Positions 8,032-17,896 of a stretch of DNA of 64,000 nt are shown piece by piece. The stretch is from Patescibacteria group bacterium (GTDB lineage Bacteria > Patescibacteriota > Patescibacteriia > Veblenbacterales > UBA10138), in the NCBI GenBank assembly GCA_041648575.1, contig JBAZOT010000003.1:14895-78894 (forward strand), in the 5' to 3' direction. Numbering within the stretch: position 1 is the first letter of the stretch; each line of letters starts with the position of its first letter. The notes beneath the pieces are model-generated. The model made no database searches and was not told the origin of the DNA. It saw nothing but the letters and a program-made list of their open reading frames with translations. Made by a program: the position numbers and the translations under genes.

Positions 8032-8056
8032 GGCTCAGGTTTGAATTTCGCCTAAC
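8032..8056. repeat. right terminal inverted repeat of the SDR cassette
   Basis: GGCTCAGGTTTGAATTTCGCCTAAC. Its 14-bp core is a perfect inverted copy of 7224-7237. Confidence 0.65.
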
Positions 8057-8149
8057 TGGTTTATATGTGGAGTAAATGTTTAATATATGCATAAATTTGT
8101 ATGATATGTGGAATAAACTTACAAAATTATTAAATATCTAAATTCTTAA

Positions 8150-8310
8150 CCCACCTCCGCCCTGGCTGCAGGTAAATTTTCCAACCATTTTCTTATTCGC
8201 ACGAATAAGAAAGTAGTAATCCAGGGATAACCACTTAAATACCCAACTTCTTTACCCGCCTCCGCTAAAGCTTCTGGCTTCGCTCTAGCTTAGGCGGACA
8301 ACTCGGTGGG
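8150..8310. other. GC-rich multi-hairpin element between the gyrB stop and the SDR cassette
   Basis: Long-range pairs are CCCACC/GGTGGG, TCCGCC/GGCGGA and CCCTGG/CCAGGG. There is a perfect 10-bp hairpin at 8190-8211 and a local hairpin CCGCCT-AAGCT...AGCTT-AGGCGG. Confidence 0.4.
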
Positions 8311-8318
8311 CAGGCATT

Positions 8319-10373
<2,055 letters not shown>

Positions 10374-12881
10374 TTAATGATCTCTAACTTCTGCGTTAAA
10401 TTTTTTAATTAATATTTGCTTAATCTTTTCTATTACCTTGTCCACTTCTTCTGATGTTAATGTCCTATCCGAGGCACGTAAAGTCACGGTAAAGGCGATA
10501 CTGTGTTTAGGGGCGTAAACATCAAATAGTTCAATTGATTCTAATAAATCCATATTCTCAATTTCTTTTTGAATTTGAGACCAAGTTACCCTTTCTGGCA
10601 AAATAATTGATAGATCTCTCGCAGCTTCGGGGTACTCTGGTGGCGGTTCCGATGGGCTGGTCGGCCCTATTTCCAACATATCAAGTGACAACTCAATTAC
10701 TGCAGTAAATTCAGGCAAATCTAACTCCCGTCGTAATTTTTCTTGCAATATCCCGATGTGCCCAACTGTCTCGTTATTAATAATAATATCGGCTGCCATA
10801 TTTTCATTAAACCAGTCATGCTTAATTTTTTGCACTTCCACTAACTTAAAATCATTTTCCAGTTCATGGCCGATCTGTACGAGAACCCCAACCATATCAC
10901 GGTAACACCGGAGGAGGTCATCTCGTTCGTCACGTTTATTTCTACCAAGAACTATACCCAAATGAAACGGCTGTTTGGGTAAATTGCCACCCCCAGGTCT
11001 TCGTAAATACTCCTTACCGGATTCCGCCACAAAGACCCGGCCAATTTCAAACATTTTAACATTTTTATGTTTCTGACTATTTAAACCGGCTTGCCCTAAA
11101 AAGTTGGGTAATAAAGTTGGTCGTAAATAAGGCTTGCCCTGATCTGTTGGGTTTTCTAATTCAATACTTAAATCGCTTGTTATATGTTTACCTCTAATAG
11201 TCAGCCCAAAGTTTTGTAAATCTTTTTCACCCACAAATGAATGACTTAAAGTCTCTGTAAACCCAGCACCAATCAAGCACTCACGAATTTTTTGCATTAA
11301 CAATTGCTTTTCATCGGCCAATGGTTTAGTAATGGTAAAACTCGGCAGACTCGGCGTAATTTTTCCATAACCATAAATCCGTGCTACTTCCTCCAACAAA
11401 TCTTCACGAATTGTTACGTCTCTAGTGGCCCGCCATGAAGGCACGGTTACTTGCCATTTGACCACGCTGTCATCGCGATCCGCCCTGATCGGAGTGGCGA
11501 TCTTATGAGATTGCTTCGATCCGCTCGCAATGACTTTTATTTTAAAACCCAAATTCTCCAATATATTTTTAATCTGGCTATATTTTATTTTCGTACCCAA
11601 ACGCTCATTAATCCAATCGGGATTTACATTAATTTCAACCGGTTTAAATTTTTTAGGATATTCATCAACTAGGTCGCTGGCAACTTTTACGCCTGTAATT
11701 ATTTGTTGCATTATAGCCACAAAGCGCTTAATGCCAATTTCTGCTAGTTCTGGATCCAAAGCTTTTTCAAAACGAACAGATGCTTCGCTGCGTAAACCAA
11801 GTTTGCTGGCTGTTTGTCTTATACTAATCGGATTAAAAGTCGCAGATTCTACCACCAAGTTAGTTGTGCTAGATGAAACCTCACTAAACTCGCCACCCAT
11901 TACGCCAGCCACAGCAATCGCACTTTTATCATCAGCAATAACCAACATCTCACTGGATAATTTTCTGGATTCTCCATCTAGTGTTTTTATTACCTCTCCG
12001 GAGTTTGCTGTTCTGACAACAATTTTTGGAGAAGATAATTTTTGTAGATCAAAAGTGTGCAGTGGTTGGCCAGTTTCCAACATTACATAATTAGCAGCGT
12101 CCACCACATTATTTATTGATCTCATACCCAGGGCTTCTAATCTATTCTTTAACCATGTTGGTGATGAGGTAATCTTAATTCCAGCCAGCACCACCCCCAT
12201 ATACCTGTGGCATAAATCAGAGTTTTTAATTTCAACTTTAAACCCATTAGAGCCTTTTGGCAAATCAGCCAATTCCGGTAGTTTTAATTTTGTATTCCAC
12301 AAAGCTGCTAACTCCCTAGCCACACCCAAATGACTCCACAAATCAGGTCGATGAGTAATTGATTTATTATCAACTTCAATAACCAAATCATCTTTACCTA
12401 AAGCTTTGGCTAATAGTGTTCCAGGTTTAGCATCCAAATACGATAAATCCATAATGCCGTGCTCTGGTTCGTTATCATCAACCAAACCTAATTCTGCGGC
12501 CGAACAAGCCATACCATTACTTTTAACTCCACGAATAGTAGCAGCTTCCAATGACGCAAATTCACCCTCTCCATGCCATTTGACCAACGCGCCAGGTTGA
12601 GCCAGCGCGACTTTCATTCCTTCTTTTAAATTAATTCCTCCGCATACTATTTCCACTGTTTTGCCACCAATATCAACTGTAGCTAACTTTAATTTATCAG
12701 CATTAAGATGTGTTGATACTTTTATAACTAAGCCTACCGTGACTTTATTCAACTTTTCTGCCTCGCTGGTAACTGATTCTACCTCCATAACTGACATAGT
12801 CAAAAGCTCGCCCAACTCGCGCGCACTGATCCGCTTGGGTTTAACTATTAACTCTGCTAATGTTTTGTAAGAAAGATGCAT
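10374..12881 (-). CDS. pheT: phenylalanine--tRNA ligase beta subunit
   Basis: 835 aa with an N-terminal tRNA-binding domain, B3/4 and B5 domains, WQVTVPSWRATRDVTIREDLLEEVARIYGY, and a C-terminal FDX-ACB domain. Confidence 0.95.
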   Translation of the reverse strand: MHLSYKTLAELIVKPKRISARELGELLTMSVMEVESVTSEAEKLNKVTVGLVIKVSTHLNADKLKLATVDIGGKTVEIVCGGINLKEGMKVALAQPGALVKWHGEGEFASLEAATIRGVKSNGMACSAAELGLVDDNEPEHGIMDLSYLDAKPGTLLAKALGKDDLVIEVDNKSITHRPDLWSHLGVARELAALWNTKLKLPELADLPKGSNGFKVEIKNSDLCHRYMGVVLAGIKITSSPTWLKNRLEALGMRSINNVVDAANYVMLETGQPLHTFDLQKLSSPKIVVRTANSGEVIKTLDGESRKLSSEMLVIADDKSAIAVAGVMGGEFSEVSSSTTNLVVESATFNPISIRQTASKLGLRSEASVRFEKALDPELAEIGIKRFVAIMQQIITGVKVASDLVDEYPKKFKPVEINVNPDWINERLGTKIKYSQIKNILENLGFKIKVIASGSKQSHKIATPIRADRDDSVVKWQVTVPSWRATRDVTIREDLLEEVARIYGYGKITPSLPSFTITKPLADEKQLLMQKIRECLIGAGFTETLSHSFVGEKDLQNFGLTIRGKHITSDLSIELENPTDQGKPYLRPTLLPNFLGQAGLNSQKHKNVKMFEIGRVFVAESGKEYLRRPGGGNLPKQPFHLGIVLGRNKRDERDDLLRCYRDMVGVLVQIGHELENDFKLVEVQKIKHDWFNENMAADIIINNETVGHIGILQEKLRRELDLPEFTAVIELSLDMLEIGPTSPSEPPPEYPEAARDLSIILPERVTWSQIQKEIENMDLLESIELFDVYAPKHSIAFTVTLRASDRTLTSEEVDKVIEKIKQILIKKFNAEVRDH
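11469..11534. repeat. 66-nt palindromic element inserted in frame in pheT
   Basis: GTCATCGCGA...TCGCAATGAC termini. On the coding strand it is exactly 22 codons (VIASGSKQSHKIATPIRADRDD) in the loop before WQVTVPS. Confidence 0.7.
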
Positions 12882-12977
12882 GTAATTTCAAAATGTAAAA
12901 ATCAAAATGCAAAATGACAGATTAAACTTTAAAATTAATAAATAATTTTGATTTTTGATTTTTTAATTTTAAATTAA

Positions 12978-13025
12978 CTAAAATTGCTCTAAAAATCTTA
13001 AATTTACTGACAGAAGAAGAAATGA
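12978..13025 (-). pseudogene. orphan duplicate of the pheS 3' end
   Basis: Reads LSFLLLSVNLRFLEQF-stop versus the pheS tail IRLFLSGDLRFLEQF-stop. 12978-13003 matches 13899-13924 at 24/26 nt. Confidence 0.65.
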
Positions 13026-13034
13026 TAAATAACC

Positions 13035-13880
13035 CTACTTAATATTTCTTGATGAAGCCTCGTGTAATCCAGTAGATAAATCGCCCTTTGGTTGACTTAG
13101 ACAAAACAATAACACATAATCTTGATCATTATTCTTTGAGGTGTAAGTATAATCTTGATCGGGACAACCTCCTTCCATCCATGGCTGAGGATTACTGGGT
13201 ATCTGCCCCATATACACGGTTTCAAGTTTAGCATCGCAGTGACTCATAAAACCTTTTGAACTTAAACACAACCCACCCACAGCCAACGGTGCGGTGACTT
13301 TTGGATAATAATTTAACTCATCAAAATAAAACTCTAGCACCGTTTGTATTTGCCTTACGTCTGACAATCGTTTACCATCTCGTGATTTTTCTAATTTAGA
13401 ACTACCTGCGGGTAATACGCCAAGTAGAATCACTGCGATAATTATGTAACTCACCACATTAAACAAAACAGTCAATAGTGCGGTTTGACGACGAGTAAAT
13501 CCAAGCTTAAACAACCTACTTTTTACTACCCAGTACTCAATAAAAACAGTCGCGGGGAATAAAAATATGATGAAATAGGCAACATCAGTACCATAACCGT
13601 TTATTGGTAAAATTCCACCAATTATAGAAGTAACAAGATTGGCGATTAAGGATACTAAAATACTTTGCTTCCACGAAATTTCTTTTTTAAAAATCCAGCG
13701 CGAGAAATAGTAAATAGCTAGTGTCTCTGAAATAAAAATTATTGGGTAAATATACCAAACCGGAAGTAATGTATAGATAATTGGGGCTGCTAAATCCGCG
13801 TGGGCTATACCAGGCATCAACAACATGATTCCAATAACAAACAAGAGTCTATTAATTTTTATAATTATAAGTCGATTCAT
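13035..13880 (-). CDS. polytopic membrane protein with a C-terminal type IV pilin-like globular domain
   Basis: Signal-like N-terminus and about 5 TM helices, followed by SRDGKRLSDVRQIQTVLEFYFDELNYYP (the post-helix motif of pilin-like proteins) and paired Cys. It has no G/FTLIE prepilin site. Confidence 0.5.
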   Translation of the reverse strand: MNRLIIIKINRLLFVIGIMLLMPGIAHADLAAPIIYTLLPVWYIYPIIFISETLAIYYFSRWIFKKEISWKQSILVSLIANLVTSIIGGILPINGYGTDVAYFIIFLFPATVFIEYWVVKSRLFKLGFTRRQTALLTVLFNVVSYIIIAVILLGVLPAGSSKLEKSRDGKRLSDVRQIQTVLEFYFDELNYYPKVTAPLAVGGLCLSSKGFMSHCDAKLETVYMGQIPSNPQPWMEGGCPDQDYTYTSKNNDQDYVLLFCLSQPKGDLSTGLHEASSRNIK

Positions 13881-13898
13881 AATAGAGTAAATAAAAAA

Positions 13899-14921
13899 TT
13901 AAAATTGTTCTAAAAATCTTAAATCACCCGATAAAAATAGACGGATGTCATCAATCTGATATTTCATCATAACCAAACGAGACAGGCCTAAGCCAAAGGC
14001 AAAACCAGAAAATTTTTCAGGATTTACACCTCCAGCTTTTAATACGTTGGGATGCACTAAACCACAAGGCATCAATTCCACCCAACCAGATTGCTTACAA
14101 ACACTGCAACCTTTACCACCGCAAATAAAGCATTTTACATCCAGCTCAAATCCCGGCTCCACAAATGGAAAATAACCAGGTCGCAATCGAATCTCCACCT
14201 CTTTTTTAAATATTCCTTTTAACAACTCATTCATTACCCCGATCAAATGAGCTACGGTTATACCCTCTGCCACTACCAAACCTTCTAAGTGCCAAAAAGT
14301 ATTATCATGAGAAGCGTCAGTTGCTTCATAACGAAAGACTTTTCCCGGCACTACTGCGCGCAAAGGTGCGCCATATTTTTCCAGAGCCCTTACTTGCACG
14401 GACGAAGTATGAGTACGAAGCAACATCCTGTTGCCACTAATTGGCTTTTTTTCTTTAATATAAAAAGTGTCTTGAATATCTCGTGCTGGATGCCAGGAGG
14501 GAATATTTAAAGCCTCAAAATTATAATACTCGCTTTCCAATTCTGGTCCATCGAGTACCATAAAACCCATAGAGCGAAACAAATCTTCTAGTTCTTTTTG
14601 TACAATGGTTATGGGATGATAATGCCCGCGCGCGGGTTTAATACCAGGCAAAGTAACATCAAAAAATTCATCTAACTCTTTATTATTAGAAATATTTTTT
14701 TGCGTAAAAGCATTTTCTAAATCAACCTTCAACTCATTGGCTAACTTACCTAAACGTGGCCTCTGTTCTATACTAGATGCTTTAACCAATTGCATGACAG
14801 CGGCTAACTCTCCCTTACGGCCTAAATACTTAATCTGCCAATTTCGTAATTCGGCAGTCGAACGTAAAGATGACAATTCAGTCAGCGCTTGTTTTTTTAC
14901 ATTATTAATCTTATCAATCAT
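13899..14921 (-). CDS. pheS: phenylalanine--tRNA ligase alpha subunit
   Basis: 340 aa with class II motifs (HPARDIQDTFY, FRYEATDASH, GFAFGLGLSRL). Confidence 0.95.
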   Translation of the reverse strand: MIDKINNVKKQALTELSSLRSTAELRNWQIKYLGRKGELAAVMQLVKASSIEQRPRLGKLANELKVDLENAFTQKNISNNKELDEFFDVTLPGIKPARGHYHPITIVQKELEDLFRSMGFMVLDGPELESEYYNFEALNIPSWHPARDIQDTFYIKEKKPISGNRMLLRTHTSSVQVRALEKYGAPLRAVVPGKVFRYEATDASHDNTFWHLEGLVVAEGITVAHLIGVMNELLKGIFKKEVEIRLRPGYFPFVEPGFELDVKCFICGGKGCSVCKQSGWVELMPCGLVHPNVLKAGGVNPEKFSGFAFGLGLSRLVMMKYQIDDIRLFLSGDLRFLEQF

Positions 14922-14924
14922 AAA

Positions 14925-15320
14925 TCAATCTTGTTCAGGCGGAACCTGTCGCCGCATTGATAAAAAGAAAAATTCAATTATTGTTAAAGCCAAAATTAAA
15001 ATAACTAAATTCCACCATGTTAATAATTTTTGATCTTGAAGTAATAAGGCTAACACAATTACGATTCCTAAAGATATTCCTTGACGAAAAGATATAGAAA
15101 CTTGCCTAAACACCACTTCATCTTTGCGCAACCAATAGCGAATTGCAAACCCTATCAATGTGGTAGTGCCAATAATGGCAATAAACAAGGCCAGGTAAAA
15201 AAACACAAACCCCATTGTTCCAGCTGATTCTGGTGCTAAATAATTAATTACCAATAACCAAGCTGCCCAAGCACCACAGGTACTTAACAGCATTAAAAGA
15301 ATATACTGGCGTAATGTCAT
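14925..15320 (-). CDS. hypothetical membrane protein (about 4 TM helices)
   Basis: 131-aa hydrophobic ORF lying 3 nt upstream of pheS and downstream of a good promoter. Confidence 0.5.
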   Translation of the reverse strand: MTLRQYILLMLLSTCGAWAAWLLVINYLAPESAGTMGFVFFYLALFIAIIGTTTLIGFAIRYWLRKDEVVFRQVSISFRQGISLGIVIVLALLLQDQKLLTWWNLVILILALTIIEFFFLSMRRQVPPEQD

Positions 15321-15363
15321 GAAAATTATTAAAAATTAAAAAAGGGGTTTTATTTACCCATTT

Positions 15364-15392
15364 ATTTTAGCATATTTTCAGCATTTCTACAA
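15364..15392 (-). promoter_or_regulatory. promoter TTGTAG-17-TAAAAT with TGC extended -10
   Basis: Reverse complement reads TTGTAG AAATGCTGAAAATATGC TAAAAT, about 38 nt upstream of ATG 15320. Confidence 0.5.
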
Positions 15393-15434
15393 GTCTAAAA
15401 TGTTAATGAAATTATGCCAATTCTACTGCTAACA

Positions 15435-15725
15435 TTAGCCAAAAATTCTCAATCTTTTAACCTTTCCAGGAAACCGTGTTTCCAGGATTTTTAAAATCTC
15501 TTTTTCTGACAATTTTATCTCCTGCCCCAAGACCGAAGAAGAGACTTGAATATGTAAAGTATCATCCTTAAAAAATACGTTGCGAACAATATCTAAAGCA
15601 GAATTTCCCCAACGTTTTGATAAATAACTATTAAATTCTTCAACCATTTGGGCAATAATTGCTTGTTTTAACACCCCGTGATCCAACAACCGCGATGGTA
15701 AAATGCTTTTTAATGATTGGAACAT
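15435..15725 (-). CDS. DUF721/DciA-like small protein
   Basis: 96 aa. The overall pattern (LHIQVSSSVLGQEIKL..EKEILKIL) resembles DUF721 proteins, which are usually found near gyrB/recF. Assigned from memory only. Confidence 0.5.
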   Translation of the reverse strand: MFQSLKSILPSRLLDHGVLKQAIIAQMVEEFNSYLSKRWGNSALDIVRNVFFKDDTLHIQVSSSVLGQEIKLSEKEILKILETRFPGKVKRLRIFG

Positions 15726-15727
15726 AG

Positions 15728-17170
15728 TTATTTAATTTTCTTAACTATACCTTTATTAGCGTCTACTTCCACCAAATCGCCATCTTTAAATAATAAAGTG
15801 GCATTATTAGTACCAACTATACAAGGAATCTTTAATTCCCTGGCAGTAATGGCAGCGTGACAAATCAAGCCGCCTTTATTAGTAACAATAGCCGCTGCTT
15901 TTCTCATAGCTGGTAATAAATCAGGACTAGTAGCTTGCGAAAGCAAAATATTACCGCGATTCATCTTTATCATATCTTTAGGTATTTGTATAATCTTTAC
16001 CACCCCTTTGACTTTTCCGGTATAAGCACATTGCCCCCTAGTTTCTTTGGATAAAGACTGTTCTTGTTGAATAATTAAGGAAGAAACATACTTTTTAGCT
16101 TGAGAATCAATCATCATCTGATTGCCTTGCTTATTAACTAAAAAACATGAAAAATGACGTCGTCTTTCTAACGCAGAAATATCTAGCTTCTTTTCCAGAA
16201 TAAACCCAGGCACCTCCCAAGGAAGAAGGAAAGTAAATATTTTCCAGTCATTCACACCTTGTTGTTTTGCAAGCAATCTCCACAGTGCCTCATATGAATA
16301 AAAGCTATGAGTCAAAAGGTCTTTACGTAAACCTTTCTGCCAAATTACGGTCTGGGCTAACTGAACCAGAAATCTCGCTCGATTAGTATAATTTAACTTA
16401 GCCATTAACTCCTGCTGTTGTTTTTTTATTTTATTAAGTTGCAGAGGTAAAGACAAATTAACATTTCCCCTACAGACAGTACCGAACTCTTTCTTAAATT
16501 CTTCAAATAAAATAACTGGACCTAAATATAAATAATCAAGCCAACAATAATTCCTATATAATTTTTTTAAAATTAAGGTGAGCCGATTTTTACTTAATGC
16601 TTTACGGCGGCTAGCTAATAAAGCTAACTTGTAATCTTTTTTTTGATGAAGACTTAATTTGGTAACTTGGCTCAATAATGTCCAATGTTTATTAAAATCC
16701 TTAGCAGAAGAGAATCCTCTCAATTCTTCCATGATTTTATTCGATAGATGATTTTTACCATCAATAATTAAACCGTTTACTATTACTCCACTCACTTGAT
16801 AGAGGTGTTGAAGATTACTAACTTTCATAAACTCCTTCGCTAAACTTGATCTGGATAATTTATCTAACGGTAAATTCCTAAACAACTTAGCGCTCTTAAA
16901 AAATTTATCAGCATAAAGGTTAATCTTATCGTATATCTTGGTACGCCATTTGTTATCATTTAACAAGCGATTAGCGGCAAAGTTGGCTGATTTATTAAAC
17001 TCTTGATCATCAAAAAAATAAGTGCACACACCTTTGTCCATCACTGCTATAACTTTGGTGATATAACTACCACCCCCTAATCGAGGAAAATCATGAACAA
17101 AGCCACGTCCATGGTACCCTAACAATAACCAATGGCCACTAAATATCCTGTCATAAATTAACAGAGCCAT
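15728..17170 (-). CDS. protein with a C-terminal PEP-utilising-enzyme mobile (swivelling phosphohistidine) domain
   Basis: Matches GKVKGVVKII...ATSPDLLPAMRKAAAIVTNKGGLICHAAITARELKIPCIVG. The N-terminal ~370 aa are unassigned. Confidence 0.6.
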   Translation of the reverse strand: MALLIYDRIFSGHWLLLGYHGRGFVHDFPRLGGGSYITKVIAVMDKGVCTYFFDDQEFNKSANFAANRLLNDNKWRTKIYDKINLYADKFFKSAKLFRNLPLDKLSRSSLAKEFMKVSNLQHLYQVSGVIVNGLIIDGKNHLSNKIMEELRGFSSAKDFNKHWTLLSQVTKLSLHQKKDYKLALLASRRKALSKNRLTLILKKLYRNYCWLDYLYLGPVILFEEFKKEFGTVCRGNVNLSLPLQLNKIKKQQQELMAKLNYTNRARFLVQLAQTVIWQKGLRKDLLTHSFYSYEALWRLLAKQQGVNDWKIFTFLLPWEVPGFILEKKLDISALERRRHFSCFLVNKQGNQMMIDSQAKKYVSSLIIQQEQSLSKETRGQCAYTGKVKGVVKIIQIPKDMIKMNRGNILLSQATSPDLLPAMRKAAAIVTNKGGLICHAAITARELKIPCIVGTNNATLLFKDGDLVEVDANKGIVKKIK

Positions 17171-17175
17171 ATTAT

Positions 17176-17889
17176 TTAAATAATGCTAATAATATTAGTA
17201 TTTTCAGAGGAAGAAAGTAAACGGAAACCGCCTAATGGTTTGGGTCTTTTTGTTTGGGTAAATTCTTTCCTCATTAACTCTGCTATTTGTTCGTCTGTAA
17301 ATTTCTCATCCTGGTAGCTAATAGCCAAATCCAAAGTACGGGCAAAAAAGCCATGTGAAATGAATAGCGGCTGACGATTGGTATACTTATTTATTCTCCT
17401 TAAATATGTCAAAAAATTATTAGCTCTTTTATAAACATCAACAGGCCCCTCATCAATGATGTTGCCGTTTAAGAATGAATCGATGAATTTATTCCTCACC
17501 TCACTCATATCCTTAGCTTGTTCATAATATTCTGGAGTTATGTCGTCCATAGGAAATTTTACTTCTTTCAAATAATCGGAGGGGTGTACCTCTATATCAG
17601 CATCTACCAACCCTCTGACTAATTCAGCTGTCTGTCTACCTCGCAAAGCTGATGAACAAATAATGATATCAAAATCACCTTTCTTAATTTCTCCACTGCT
17701 TATCTTTTCTTGAATCAATTTAGTACTACTTTCTTTGTCTATGGGCGGATCCGTTTCTCCCCTCATAAATTTCACCAGTAACTCATAAGGAGGTTTTTCA
17801 CCTTTCTCAATATAAGTACTAATATCTAACACGTCGCCATGCCGTAAAAATAGTGATTCTAAATTCTCTCTACTAGACTTTGTGAACAT
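17176..17889 (-). CDS. histidine phosphatase (PGAM-like) family protein
   Basis: Carries LRHGDV (RHG motif), CSSALRGRQTAE and ISHGFFAR (second catalytic His context). Confidence 0.65.
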   Translation of the reverse strand: MFTKSSRENLESLFLRHGDVLDISTYIEKGEKPPYELLVKFMRGETDPPIDKESSTKLIQEKISSGEIKKGDFDIIICSSALRGRQTAELVRGLVDADIEVHPSDYLKEVKFPMDDITPEYYEQAKDMSEVRNKFIDSFLNGNIIDEGPVDVYKRANNFLTYLRRINKYTNRQPLFISHGFFARTLDLAISYQDEKFTDEQIAELMRKEFTQTKRPKPLGGFRLLSSSENTNIISII

Positions 17890-17896
17890 ATATTTA

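Noticed and set aside
8063-8117. Direct repeat ATATGTGGAGTAAA / ATATGTGGAATAAA (41 bp apart) as DnaA boxes near gyrB.
   Set aside because: On the other strand they read TTAYTCCACA, which is one base longer than the TTATCCACA consensus. There are only two copies. They are more likely a regulator site or part of the cassette flank, and this cannot be decided from the sequence.
7106-8310. Assigning the GC-rich structured regions (7106-7245, 8150-8310, 58837-58967) to SRP RNA, RNase P RNA or a known riboswitch.
   Set aside because: I could not find the diagnostic motifs (SRP GGAAGCAGC-type domain IV, RNase P GAGGAAAGUCC, or riboswitch cores) on either strand. They are left as unclassified elements.
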